From a virus, in the IMG/VR virus record IMGVR_UViG_3300035670_013167, positions 42,764-106,763 of that record: 64,000 nucleotides of DNA; one strand, 5' to 3'. Shown here one piece after another: positions 19,000-28,653 of the stretch (within the stretch, counting starts at the first letter, position 1; each line of letters opens with the position of its first letter). A program made the translations under genes and the position numbers. The notes under the pieces were generated by a model, which worked only from the letters and a program-made list of their open reading frames with translations, ran no database searches and had not been told where the DNA came from.

Positions 19000-19170
19000 G
19001 GGCCTTTCCTAAAGCGATCCTTTGGGCTTCGAACCCATCAGTCCCAAAAGACAGGATCAATAATGAGGTAGTTCATCGAATTTATCAACTCAGTCGGCAC
19101 CACCTCAAACCGCTATGGTTTTATCCATAAGTAGGGCTTTAATGTGTCACATTTGCCTGATCAGGTCATC
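19000..19170 (-). ncRNA. Candidate structured RNA in the thyA leader
   Basis: GC-richer non-coding stretch with nested stems (TATGG/CCATA, TGAGGTGGT/ACTACCTCA, GATCCT/AGGATC, GGGTTCGAAGCCC). Confidence 0.4.
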
Positions 19171-19299
19171 TATTATATTGTTTTTATATAATTAATCAAT
19201 CCAAGTATTATTTCAAAAAACTTCCACAATCCCAAAGGAAGTAATATTAACCAAGTATAAAAAACAAACAACATAAAATTAATTACTATATTTGCTCTA

Positions 19300-19992
19300 T
19301 CATTTTTCAATTTCTTGAACATAATTAATTTCTACAATTCCATTTTTTATCAACAAATAAGAACAAGGATTTTCAGTCCAACATCCGCTATTATAATAAT
19401 GAACTTTTTCAGAATTATCACAAGTTGCAAAATGACTGTGTCCGCAACAAATAATATCGCACTTTTTAGCAAAACAATACTCTTTCGCTCTTTTGCAAAT
19501 TTGCTCAGAACACCTTAGAAAAGTCTTGCTGTTTCTTTTGGCCAATCTAGACCAATAGAAATCTTTATCAATTTTTTGTAAAAATCTGTAGATGTTGTCT
19601 GCTATTTTTGTTAGTCTTGGATATTTCGATATAAAATTATCAAATATATCGCCATGAATAATTAGTATTTTTTTATCTCCGCTTGTAAAGCAATATTCGC
19701 TTACAAAGTCAACTCCTATTAAATGAGAAATAATTTCAGAAGGGCCGTCATGATTACCGTTTATCCATATAACTTTTAATATTTTAGATAATTTTCTTAT
19801 ATCAGATAATATCTTCCATTGATTTTTTCTTAGTTTTCTAAAATCCCAACTATCAAATAAATCTCCGTTGATAACTAATTTTTTAGAAGGTATTTCTTGA
19901 GATTGTATTTTCTGTAGAAAATCAATAAGATTTTTAGATTGACATACGTTACTGCCCAAATGAATATCACTAATTATTATTGCGTCGTTCAT
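19300..19992 (-). CDS. Metallophosphoesterase, UDP-2,3-diacylglucosamine hydrolase-like
   Basis: ISDIHLG, GDLFD, GNHD, HGD, CGHSH, YYNSGCW. Confidence 0.85.
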   Translation of the reverse strand: MNDAIIISDIHLGSNVCQSKNLIDFLQKIQSQEIPSKKLVINGDLFDSWDFRKLRKNQWKILSDIRKLSKILKVIWINGNHDGPSEIISHLIGVDFVSEYCFTSGDKKILIIHGDIFDNFISKYPRLTKIADNIYRFLQKIDKDFYWSRLAKRNSKTFLRCSEQICKRAKEYCFAKKCDIICCGHSHFATCDNSEKVHYYNSGCWTENPCSYLLIKNGIVEINYVQEIEK

Positions 19993-20137
19993 TTTTCTTT
20001 TCTTTGGGCCATTTTCTTCTAACTAGTCCAATTCCAACGGGCATTTTATAAGGAGCAATATCTCCAACTCCTCCTGTGGGTACAGAAGACATTGTTCCAG
20101 ATTCTAATAATTTTAGCCATTCTTTAAAAGATTTCAA
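19970..20137 (-). CDS. CTS-like-tagged microprotein (55 aa, TTG start, not in ORF track)
   Basis: MKSFKEWLKLLESGTMSSVPTGGVGDIAPYKMPVG...; GGAGG RBS. Confidence 0.7.
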   Translation of the reverse strand: MKSFKEWLKLLESGTMSSVPTGGVGDIAPYKMPVGIGLVRRKWPKEKKNERRNNN

Positions 20138-20517
20138 ACTATTCCTCCCATACTAGGATCAGCTTGTGGTTGGTCTTGCCCTTGCATTATTAATTTTTGA
20201 AGATCATCCATAGAAATCAAAAACTTTTCATCTGATCTTGGTTTAACTTTTTTATCATCTACATAATTAATATTTTTAATTTTCGGATCATTTATTTGTT
20301 TCACCAAAACATGAGTAATTTTTCCATTATCATTTTTTTTAAAATCTAAAATTGAATAAGGGCCTATATTAGTAATATTAGAGCCAAACGAAAAAAAAGA
20401 GGCTACTTTAGGGTCTTTTTTAAAATCATCCGGGTGTATGCCGAGTTGGTCTCTTAGAGCAGAAAAATAATCTTCTTCTTCGTTTTTCAAAAAATTACTA
20501 AAAGATAAATTGTTCAT
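20134..20517 (-). CDS. CTS-like-tagged hypothetical protein
   Basis: MNNLSFSNFLKNEEE. Confidence 0.6.
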   Translation of the reverse strand: MNNLSFSNFLKNEEEDYFSALRDQLGIHPDDFKKDPKVASFFSFGSNITNIGPYSILDFKKNDNGKITHVLVKQINDPKIKNINYVDDKKVKPRSDEKFLISMDDLQKLIMQGQDQPQADPSMGGIV

Positions 20518-20546
20518 AATTAATATATATGATCGGAGGCTTTTTT

Positions 20547-20936
20547 ATGAATTCACCAAATTTTTCTAATTTTAGACAATTATTAGACTTATGGGATAAT
20601 AAAAAAACTGATTTCAATAAAAAATGTTTTATGGAAGATAATAATTTAGTTTTTTTCTTCAAGAAAGACAAAACTTTATACGGAGCCTCAGAAAACAGCA
20701 GATTAGTCTTCGCAAGAATGAAAAATCCAGAACCAGAAGATAAAAAATGGAGCAAAGATGCAACGTTTTCGGCATATAATTTAGAAGAAGAAAAGCCAAA
20801 TGAAATAGTTTTTGGAGAAAAAGATTTAGATAAAATCAAAGTAATGGACCAAGAAAAAGCAGAAAAAGAATTAGATAAAAAAGGCAAAAAAATGCCTTCA
20901 ATGAGCGATTCAAATGACTCTGTAGAAGAAAAGTGA
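20547..20936 (+). CDS. Hypothetical protein
   Basis: GGAGG RBS before MNSPNFSNFRQLL. Confidence 0.6.
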   Translation: MNSPNFSNFRQLLDLWDNKKTDFNKKCFMEDNNLVFFFKKDKTLYGASENSRLVFARMKNPEPEDKKWSKDATFSAYNLEEEKPNEIVFGEKDLDKIKVMDQEKAEKELDKKGKKMPSMSDSNDSVEEK

Positions 20937-20937
20937 A

Positions 20938-21594
20938 TTAACTTTTATATAATTCAATATCTTTTTTACTTAATTTTATAAATTTTTCTTCTTTTATTCT
21001 TTCGTAAAATTCATAATCTAATCTATAGAAATCATTTAGTTCACGAAGCTTTTCTTGATTTGAAGGAAAATAATCTATTTTTATTTTTTTACCTTCTATA
21101 ATTTGTGTCAGATGTCCAGAATTGTCCTGTTTAAGTTCAAAATTTTCTAATTTAGTGACTTTATTCAAATCTTCAATCAAGCTATTCCACTCTCCAAACA
21201 AATAAACATTAGTATTTTCAGTAAAAAAATCAGTTTGCGGCCTAATATGATTATGATGAATTCCTCTTTGTTTTTTCACAGATCTCATAACATTATCTAA
21301 ATAATTATAAAAATCATTTTCTGTTCTGTTGGAAATCCAGTAGCCGCCCCATCTAAAAGCACTAAATATTCTTTCTAACGGATGTCTAAAAAAAGCAAAA
21401 GAGAAATCAATTTTAATTTCATTTAATAATTTTTTTAATGCAGGCTCTTCCGGAACACTATGATGTTTTACTTGAGGATCTTTTGAAAACTCTTCAAAAC
21501 CATTTCTTAAAAGCAAATTTTTAATGCTGGTTCCGGCCGTTTTTGGAATGTGCCAAAAAAATATTCCAGTTTCATCTTTAGTGTAATACGGCAT
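20938..21594 (-). CDS. Sulfotransferase family 2 protein
   Basis: HIPKTAGTSI PAPS-binding loop, FAFFRHPLERIFSAF, HIRPQ, FYRLDY. Confidence 0.85.
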   Translation of the reverse strand: MPYYTKDETGIFFWHIPKTAGTSIKNLLLRNGFEEFSKDPQVKHHSVPEEPALKKLLNEIKIDFSFAFFRHPLERIFSAFRWGGYWISNRTENDFYNYLDNVMRSVKKQRGIHHNHIRPQTDFFTENTNVYLFGEWNSLIEDLNKVTKLENFELKQDNSGHLTQIIEGKKIKIDYFPSNQEKLRELNDFYRLDYEFYERIKEEKFIKLSKKDIELYKS

Positions 21595-21619
21595 ACAAAT
21601 CCTCCTTGATAAGTTTTAA

Positions 21620-21772
21620 TTAAATTTTATTAAACAGTTCTTTAGGATAATAATACTCTTCTAAATTTTCATCTAAAATTAGATAAAAACAATCATGCTC
21701 TTTAGCTTCGTATTCTTTGTTTAATTCCAAAGAAGCAGGATAATAATCATTATTAATACAAATAACTTTCAT
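21620..21772 (-). CDS. Small hypothetical protein
   Basis: Likely start MKVICINNDYYPASLE, 5 nt after a TATAAATA box. Confidence 0.55.
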   Translation of the reverse strand: MKVICINNDYYPASLELNKEYEAKEHDCFYLILDENLEEYYYPKELFNKI

Positions 21773-21794
21773 AATAGTATTTATACATATAAAT

Positions 21795-22460
21795 ATGAAT
21801 CTTCCTTTTGAAAACACCAATATAAGAAAATACCAATGCTTTTGCTGCGGATTAGAATTTACAGACTACGAAGAATTTAAGATGCATATAATAGAAAATC
21901 ATGACGAAGGAAGAGAGTATATCGTTTGCCCTTTAGAACATTGCAAAGCTCCTGTTCGAGATTTAAAAATGCATTTTAAATCAAAACATCCAAGTTTTAA
22001 TTTCAATAATATAAAAGGCCAACACAAAGCAATGGTGTGGCATGATTTTTCTAGTAAAGGGAAAAAGAAAACAAAAAAACCAAAATTTAAACAAGGCAAA
22101 TACCAATCAACAAAAACAGGAAAAGTATTGCCATATAGATCTGGCATGGAAGAAAAAGTTTATAAATTATTAGATAGACATGAAGACGTAGCCTCTTTTG
22201 ACTACGAACCGTTTCAAGTTGACTATATTCACCAAGGACAAGCCCACAAATACATACCTGATATATTCGTTACTTTTTTAGATGGTCACAGAGAATTGTG
22301 GGAAGTTAAGCCGTCAAGTCAAACGCATTTAGAAGTAAATAAAAACAAATGGTTCGCAGCTAATGAAGCTTGCAAAATTAGAGGATGGAATTTCGAAGTA
22401 TATACAGAAAAAAAAATCGAACAACTTGAAAAAAAAATAAGAAGTCAAATTATAGACTAA
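21795..22460 (+). CDS. PD-(D/E)xK nuclease (T4 gp4/TnsA-N-like) with two N-terminal C2H2 zinc fingers
   Basis: CFCC..H...H, CPLEHC..H...H; YRSGME, YEP, YIPDIFV, EVKP. Confidence 0.75.
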   Translation: MNLPFENTNIRKYQCFCCGLEFTDYEEFKMHIIENHDEGREYIVCPLEHCKAPVRDLKMHFKSKHPSFNFNNIKGQHKAMVWHDFSSKGKKKTKKPKFKQGKYQSTKTGKVLPYRSGMEEKVYKLLDRHEDVASFDYEPFQVDYIHQGQAHKYIPDIFVTFLDGHRELWEVKPSSQTHLEVNKNKWFAANEACKIRGWNFEVYTEKKIEQLEKKIRSQIID

Positions 22461-23094
22461 ATTTATTTAATATTAAATTATCAATTTTATTATATAAATC
22501 TTGCAAAGATCCATTGTTGATTATAAAAAAATCAATATATTCGCAACCTTTTGAAGATCCTGTTTTGTTTATTTGACTAACATCTCCTTCAATATTTTGA
22601 GATATGTACCAATTCAAAACTGGTCTGATTTGAGCTTCTGACTGGTTGGGGTCGTCGTTCTCAAATCCAGGCCTCCATACTAAGATATTAACTCCTCCCC
22701 TTTCCTTAATTCTTGATAACTCATTTATATATCTCGCGTCCATGTAGCAACAATTATCAGGATTGTTTTTTACCGCGTATTCTACCCAAACATCAGAATA
22801 AATTTGCCTGAAGCCATCTCCTATAAATTGCAAAGCTTGTCTTACATTTTTATTAAATAATTTAGGAGGTTCTGTTTTTGTTTTCCACTGTTCAACAAAA
22901 TCTATATCAACACCAAAAGCATCGCAAAATATCTTTTTTACCGGTGTGGCAAAAGAAACAGGAATATAATTAATTTTTTTACAAATATATTCGCCTATCT
23001 CATTTTTGCCGTTTCGCATTTGACCAGCAATGGCAATCATTTTCATAATAAAACCTCTTAAATTAATTATACCATCTATAAAGAAAACATTCAA
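22450..23094 (-). CDS. Deoxynucleoside monophosphate kinase (T4 gp1-like)
   Basis: IAGQMRNGKN P-loop, SFATPVK, RQALQFIG, DARYINE, INNGSLQDL. Confidence 0.8.
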   Translation of the reverse strand: MNVFFIDGIINLRGFIMKMIAIAGQMRNGKNEIGEYICKKINYIPVSFATPVKKIFCDAFGVDIDFVEQWKTKTEPPKLFNKNVRQALQFIGDGFRQIYSDVWVEYAVKNNPDNCCYMDARYINELSRIKERGGVNILVWRPGFENDDPNQSEAQIRPVLNWYISQNIEGDVSQINKTGSSKGCEYIDFFIINNGSLQDLYNKIDNLILNKFSL

Positions 23095-23115
23095 TACTTT
23101 TTACTCTATTATCAA

Positions 23116-23376
23116 GTGAAAAAAACAATGCAAAAAATTTGTAAAAATTGCCGACTATTTAATAAAGAAAAAGAAACATGCGGAGTTGCTATTTTGTACG
23201 AGGGAAGGCAATACCACATGCCAGTAGCTCCACATGATTCCTGCCACATGGAAGAATTAGGAATCGAAGTAAACCAAGTTCGATGGTGGGTAGAAGATGA
23301 AACCGGAAATCCTACAAATGGAAACGGAGTTGTAAAAATAGAATATCCAGAAAATTTTTTTGGTAAAAATTTATGA
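23116..23376 (+). CDS. Hypothetical protein with CxxC
   Basis: CKNCRLF...C; ATGA overlap with the Cys-rich gene. Confidence 0.55.
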   Translation: MKKTMQKICKNCRLFNKEKETCGVAILYEGRQYHMPVAPHDSCHMEELGIEVNQVRWWVEDETGNPTNGNGVVKIEYPENFFGKNL

Positions 23377-25274
23377 GCGATTGTAATTTAACAGCTAATT
23401 GTGACGGAACAGGCGATGGAGGCTGTTTTATAGATTGCTGCAATATTGTTTGCCCTCCAGAAAACCCCTGTGCAGAAATAATATTAAAATATTATTGCCA
23501 ACCAATAGGAGCATGTTGTCAACCAGATAGTCAAGATTGTTATAGAACAACTCAATGCCAATGCGAGGCAAACGGAGGAACTTACGAAGGAGATGGAAGC
23601 AAATGCGAACCGGACAATCCTTGCGCAAAATGCGTTCCTCCATGTGACCCAAATTTATGTTTAGAATGTATGCCTGTAGAGTGTACTCCCAATCCTGATT
23701 TAGCAACATGGTGCACAGATGCATCCAGTCCAAACAACCCTTGTGGCGGAAAACCTGGCAATTGGATAAGTGATCTAACTATCGAGAATGGTTGTGGAAA
23801 ATGCGTTTGTCCATGTGACGATTGCAATTATGTTTGTCAAAATGGCCAATGCATAGATGTTGGAGGAGGAAATGGAAATTATAGAACACTAAACGATTGC
23901 TTGTCTGATTGTGGGACTCCTTTCTTTGAAGGAATAAATATTCAAGCAATATTGAGATATGAATGCAAGTCCTATTGCGATGCTGACCTTAATGAAGTTT
24001 GCTGTTTTGGAATTTGCTGTCCAGAAAATAGCGTTTGTTGCGATGATGGAACTTGCTGTCTAGAAGGAGAAACTTGTTGCTACGACGAAGAAACCGCATC
24101 TTATTCTTGTTGCAGAGTGGGAGAAAGTTGCTGTAACGGTAGTTGTTGTCCCGCAGATAAACCGGTTTGTTGTGGAGATGGAACATGTTGTTCTGAGGGA
24201 CAAACATGTTGTTTAGACGAAGGATCAGGAACATATACATGTTGCAATCCAGGAGAAGTTTGCTGTGGAGGAACTTGCTGTCCAGCTGGCAATAATTGCT
24301 GCACAGAAAGCACAACAAGCCCGCCTTATTGTTCACCAGATCCTTGCCCAATACCCGGATGTATGCATCCTGGTTCTCCGAGCTATAATCCTGCGGCGAC
24401 ATGTGATGATGGAAGTTGTAGAACATGTTGCAATGCAGGTCTTTGCGTAGTTTTTGACGAAGATAATGCGGCAAATTGTAACGATGTAGGGAATGGATGT
24501 TGCGACAACTTCTGTGAAACCGCAAACGACTGCTCTCCGACTTACAACACAAGTCCAGGTCAACTAACGAGTTGCGACAAAGACTTTGATGGAACTCCTT
24601 TTATAAATGAGTATCCAGCTTGCACAGAAAGCAATGATTGTATTCAAGGATATTTAGATCCAAATATATTCTCAGAATTAGAAAAAAATACAGAAAATTA
24701 TAATAATTCTCAAGTAGTTACATATAACACCGAGGAGAACGAAGTTTTTAATCAACATAATTTAGAAACTTATCAAACAATTAAAGAATATGACTTTTCA
24801 ATGTTGAATTCTTGTGCATGTGTTTGCCCAGATCCGCCTAGCTATATGGGATTTAAATTAAATTATAAAAATATAAAAATATTAAATGCAGCTTGTACAG
24901 AAAATACAATAACTATAACAACAGACTACGAATGCGGATTGACAGGAGAAAAAACAGTTTCTTTAGCCCCTTGTTGTTGCGAGGGAAGTTTCGACACAAA
25001 CACGTACACAGTCAGTGCAAGCTCTAGTGGAGACTGTTTAGAGTTTGAATGGGACGATACTAATATAAAAATTGGCGAAGCTAGAACAATCACAGTAACA
25101 ATAAACGAAGATTGTGAATGTGTTTTTTGTGGGGCAGAGTGCGTTCCTCAAAACTCGCCATTTATTAAAAAAATAAAAGGAAATAAAATAAAATTATATT
25201 CCGACAAACAAGAAATCCAAAAAAGAATAAATATGATCAAAAAACAAATAATCAAAAATAATAAAAAAAATTAA
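23373..25274 (+). CDS. Extremely cysteine-rich protein (about 92 Cys in 633 aa)
   Basis: 15 consecutive CC pairs; GCMHPGSPSYNPAATCDDGSC repeat; basic C-terminal tail. Confidence 0.8.
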   Translation: MSDCNLTANCDGTGDGGCFIDCCNIVCPPENPCAEIILKYYCQPIGACCQPDSQDCYRTTQCQCEANGGTYEGDGSKCEPDNPCAKCVPPCDPNLCLECMPVECTPNPDLATWCTDASSPNNPCGGKPGNWISDLTIENGCGKCVCPCDDCNYVCQNGQCIDVGGGNGNYRTLNDCLSDCGTPFFEGINIQAILRYECKSYCDADLNEVCCFGICCPENSVCCDDGTCCLEGETCCYDEETASYSCCRVGESCCNGSCCPADKPVCCGDGTCCSEGQTCCLDEGSGTYTCCNPGEVCCGGTCCPAGNNCCTESTTSPPYCSPDPCPIPGCMHPGSPSYNPAATCDDGSCRTCCNAGLCVVFDEDNAANCNDVGNGCCDNFCETANDCSPTYNTSPGQLTSCDKDFDGTPFINEYPACTESNDCIQGYLDPNIFSELEKNTENYNNSQVVTYNTEENEVFNQHNLETYQTIKEYDFSMLNSCACVCPDPPSYMGFKLNYKNIKILNAACTENTITITTDYECGLTGEKTVSLAPCCCEGSFDTNTYTVSASSSGDCLEFEWDDTNIKIGEARTITVTINEDCECVFCGAECVPQNSPFIKKIKGNKIKLYSDKQEIQKRINMIKKQIIKNNKKN

Positions 25275-28200
25275 ACATTTTTTGAACATTCTATTATTTC
25301 CAATATTTTTTCTTCTTTCATATTTAACACCTGCTTAACTTTATCAAAATTTCCAACTAAATCTTTAGGAACTCTGAATCCTGCTGCGTATAACTTTTCG
25401 GCTCGTGCCTTTCCTATATTAGGAATTTTACATAAATTAACAAGCTCGGCCCTAACGCCATACGCAATTCTTAGTGAAAGAGTCTTAAAATAATTTTTTT
25501 TATTCCATTTTGCAGCCATATTATCCAAAGCGTTCAATACCGAAGCGGCCCTTTCAAAATCTAATTGCAACCCCCTAGAAAGAGAATTGAATGGTCCAGG
25601 ATCTTTGCCTCGCAACAAACAAAAATAAGCATAGCCGCCTTTTACCGAAGAATCTAAATAAACGTCTCCGAAACTTTTCTTAATTACACTCAAATAATCA
25701 GACATTTCTTCTTTTTCATTTTTAGTAACAAACCCCATCCTTATAGAATCAATATTTCCCAATGCCATAGAAAGAGCATAATCATTATTTTCTAAGTTTT
25801 TCATAAACAAAAATCTAAAATTTCTTCTTAGATCAGAAACATCAAAGGGGCTATAGTAAAACATACTAGAAACTTTGCCTATTGATGTGGCCTCATAAAT
25901 TCCATCAACTTCTTTAATAGCTCCAACCTGCATTAATAATTCTAACGTTTTATCAACAACAGAATCATCAAGATCAACGGCTTGAAATCTTGCCAAAGAT
26001 CTTTCGTACCAATTATGGATATCCTCTATTGTTTTTATTTCGCCATGATGTATTTCACTAACAAGATGAAAAGCTAAAGTTTTATAATGAGGATTATCTT
26101 CATCTCCAATATAATTTAATAACTGAGAATTGATTTCTTGAGGAATTGATAATCTGTCTATATGATGATCAGATGATCTGTCCGGCACAAGAACATAAAC
26201 ATCTCCTTTTGGATCGTATCCTACTCTTCCGGCTCTGCCTGCCATTTGCATAATGTCGTAGGTGTCCACTTCTGTGGTTCCTCTATGCACCCCGGTGATG
26301 ACAACTCTTCTTGCTGGAAAATTGCAGTTATGAGACACAACACCGCCACCAACATAATTATGATATTTATCCACCTCAATATCATACATCTCCTGATTTT
26401 CATCTTTATAAATAATATTAATAATTTTAGAAAACTTAATATTTGAATTTAAAATATTTGTTAGACTAGACTGAATTGGATATCTTTCTGTTATTTTTCT
26501 ACAAGTAGATCTTTTCAAGTCTTGTTTATTTAAACAATTCCACAAATCAACATTAAAATTATCTTTCAAAAATTTGCATTTAAGATTAACTTTATTTTTT
26601 TCAAAGTGATCAATAATAAGATTCCTAACAGGAATAATATCTTTTTCCTCTGGCAATTTGCCCAAAGAACAAACATAATCTCCATAAGATTTTTTATTTT
26701 TGTTTCTAAAGCCTATTGACTTGATAAAATTTATTATTTGATAGTTATAAATCCTAACTCTATAAATATAGTCTCTTCTTGATTTTTGCAATCTTTCTTT
26801 TATGATAACATCTTTCATTTTTTTTCTACCAACACACGAACGAACGCCAAAAAATAATAAAATTTGTTGAACTTGCTGAACAAGTTTTTTAGAAATAGAT
26901 GAAAATTCTATAGAAACTTGACCGTTCCCATGAGAAGAAAACCCCCCATCAGTATCAAATAAGCCTTGAATCAAACCTTTCAAAAATTCTGGATCTTTTC
27001 TTCTCAAAGAAACAATGTCCATTTTATGTTTGTTTCTGCCTGGTTCGAAACAATTAAAGAAATCAACTAGTTTTCTTTTTTTTGAAACCAAATGAAAAAC
27101 ACCAAAAGAATCTTTTCTAGGTCCATTAATTTCTTCGAGTAGCGTTTTTTTAAATAATTCCTTAATGTAATAACAGTGATTTAATTCATCAGAACCAAAT
27201 GCTATGTCCATTACCACTTTATCGGTTTTGTCAGCATATTTGCCGCATTTTGATTTACATCCGTCTCCCATAACATAACCAACCAAATATCCATAATCGT
27301 CAGATTCAATATCGTCCCAAATCTTAATTTCTGCTGGGGTTGCTATATAATCTCCAATTTTATATTTATTTGCACTGAAGTAGTCGGGAGTTTTTCTATC
27401 GACAGCACCAAAAAACTTATGATCTTCACTTACTTTAAAGTTTTCTCCAGAATTCAAAGTAATTTCTATTGTTTTCTTAACTTTTTTAATTCCAGTTCTT
27501 AAAACTTTACAAGGTTTAAATCCATTTTCTGTCATTGACATTACACTGTCTCCGACTAAAATATTTTCTATATATTCAATTCCGTTTTCGGTTAATACTA
27601 AAGTTCCTTTTTCATAACAGCCCCATGCAAGAGTACTAGTTGCTATTATGACTCTTAGACTTCCATTTTTAAATTTATTTTCTACTTCATTTCTTTTTTC
27701 TTTTTCTAAATCGGCATTGTGCAATTCAGATTCTATGTTTAACTGATCTAGATGTTTTTTTATTTTTTGACCAGTGTTTTTAGAATGAACAAAAACTAAA
27801 AATTTATCATCTTTGTATTTTCTTAATATCTCAACAGCCTTATCTATTTTATTATCTTCTTTCATTTCGTATGTTCCTTGGTCTTCGTATTCCTCATAAT
27901 GAATAGAAAGAGGGCAAGGCCTATACTTAGAATTAATTAAATAAGTTTTCTTTTTAGTTAAAGCTTTAGCAAGCCATTCCGAAATTTCATAAACATTAGG
28001 CATAGTGGCTGATAAGCCAACTATTCTACAATCTGGATTAATTTTTGCGAATTTCATTAAGCCAACTTCTAAATGATCTCCTCTGCCCGGGACCGTTAAT
28101 AAATGAAATTCATCTATAACCAAAGTCTTAACTTCTTTTAGCCAATCATTTTTTTCTGACTTATAATTTCTGCATTTTGAATTTAACATCTCAGAAGTCA

Positions 28201-28582
28201 TTATTATGACATCTGAATCTTCCAAGTCTTTTTTTGTCTTCTCATTAAGAACGTAATCTCCAGTACATATAGCCAATTTCAAATCAGAAAAATGATGATT
28301 TGCATCAGTCCAATCGTCTATTTTTTCTTTGGCTAAAGCCTTGAGCGGGGCAAGATACATGACTTTTCCGCCCTTATTTCTAATCTGCTCAGCCATCATA
28401 ATTTCTGAGCAGATTGTTTTGCCGGCAGAAGTTTTTGCAGCAACAACCAAATTGCAATCTTCTTTAAATATTTCACATATTCTACTTTGAACAGGATTAA
28501 ATTTTTCAAAAGGAAATTTTGCATAAGGATATGCAGAAGTTTCAACTAAATCGTTTTGATCTTCTAATTCAATTACTTGCAT
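25271..28582 (-). CDS. Ski2/Hel308-like SF2 helicase with intein and C-terminal HhH
   Basis: FNPVQ, AKTSAGKT, APLKALA, DEFH, LSATMPN, ATSTLAWG|CNFPARRV, QMAGRAGR, IPNIGKARAEKL; likely start MQVIELE. Confidence 0.9.
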   Translation of the reverse strand: MQVIELEDQNDLVETSAYPYAKFPFEKFNPVQSRICEIFKEDCNLVVAAKTSAGKTICSEIMMAEQIRNKGGKVMYLAPLKALAKEKIDDWTDANHHFSDLKLAICTGDYVLNEKTKKDLEDSDVIIMTSEMLNSKCRNYKSEKNDWLKEVKTLVIDEFHLLTVPGRGDHLEVGLMKFAKINPDCRIVGLSATMPNVYEISEWLAKALTKKKTYLINSKYRPCPLSIHYEEYEDQGTYEMKEDNKIDKAVEILRKYKDDKFLVFVHSKNTGQKIKKHLDQLNIESELHNADLEKEKRNEVENKFKNGSLRVIIATSTLAWGCYEKGTLVLTENGIEYIENILVGDSVMSMTENGFKPCKVLRTGIKKVKKTIEITLNSGENFKVSEDHKFFGAVDRKTPDYFSANKYKIGDYIATPAEIKIWDDIESDDYGYLVGYVMGDGCKSKCGKYADKTDKVVMDIAFGSDELNHCYYIKELFKKTLLEEINGPRKDSFGVFHLVSKKRKLVDFFNCFEPGRNKHKMDIVSLRRKDPEFLKGLIQGLFDTDGGFSSHGNGQVSIEFSSISKKLVQQVQQILLFFGVRSCVGRKKMKDVIIKERLQKSRRDYIYRVRIYNYQIINFIKSIGFRNKNKKSYGDYVCSLGKLPEEKDIIPVRNLIIDHFEKNKVNLKCKFLKDNFNVDLWNCLNKQDLKRSTCRKITERYPIQSSLTNILNSNIKFSKIINIIYKDENQEMYDIEVDKYHNYVGGGVVSHNCNFPARRVVITGVHRGTTEVDTYDIMQMAGRAGRVGYDPKGDVYVLVPDRSSDHHIDRLSIPQEINSQLLNYIGDEDNPHYKTLAFHLVSEIHHGEIKTIEDIHNWYERSLARFQAVDLDDSVVDKTLELLMQVGAIKEVDGIYEATSIGKVSSMFYYSPFDVSDLRRNFRFLFMKNLENNDYALSMALGNIDSIRMGFVTKNEKEEMSDYLSVIKKSFGDVYLDSSVKGGYAYFCLLRGKDPGPFNSLSRGLQLDFERAASVLNALDNMAAKWNKKNYFKTLSLRIAYGVRAELVNLCKIPNIGKARAEKLYAAGFRVPKDLVGNFDKVKQVLNMKEEKILEIIECSKNV
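26327..27619 (-). mobile_element. Intein with LAGLIDADG endonuclease in helicase motif V (431 aa)
   Basis: LAWG|CYEKGT...VVSHN|CNFP; YLVGYVMGDG and LIQGLFDTDG. Confidence 0.92.
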
Positions 28583-28591
28583 TTTTTTAAA

Positions 28592-28630
28592 TAAAAAAGG
28601 GTGATATGATATATTATACCATATCACCCT
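28592..28630 (-). terminator. Intrinsic terminator-like hairpin immediately upstream of the helicase start
   Basis: AGGGTGATATG/CATATCACCCT 11-bp stem followed by a T-run on the minus strand. Confidence 0.6.
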
Positions 28631-28653
28631 CACACATCAAAACGAGAGAATGG

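Noticed and set aside
19024-19036. tRNA gene suggested by GGGTTCGAAGCCC
   Set aside because: I could not build an acceptor stem, D-arm or anticodon arm; kept only as part of a candidate structured RNA
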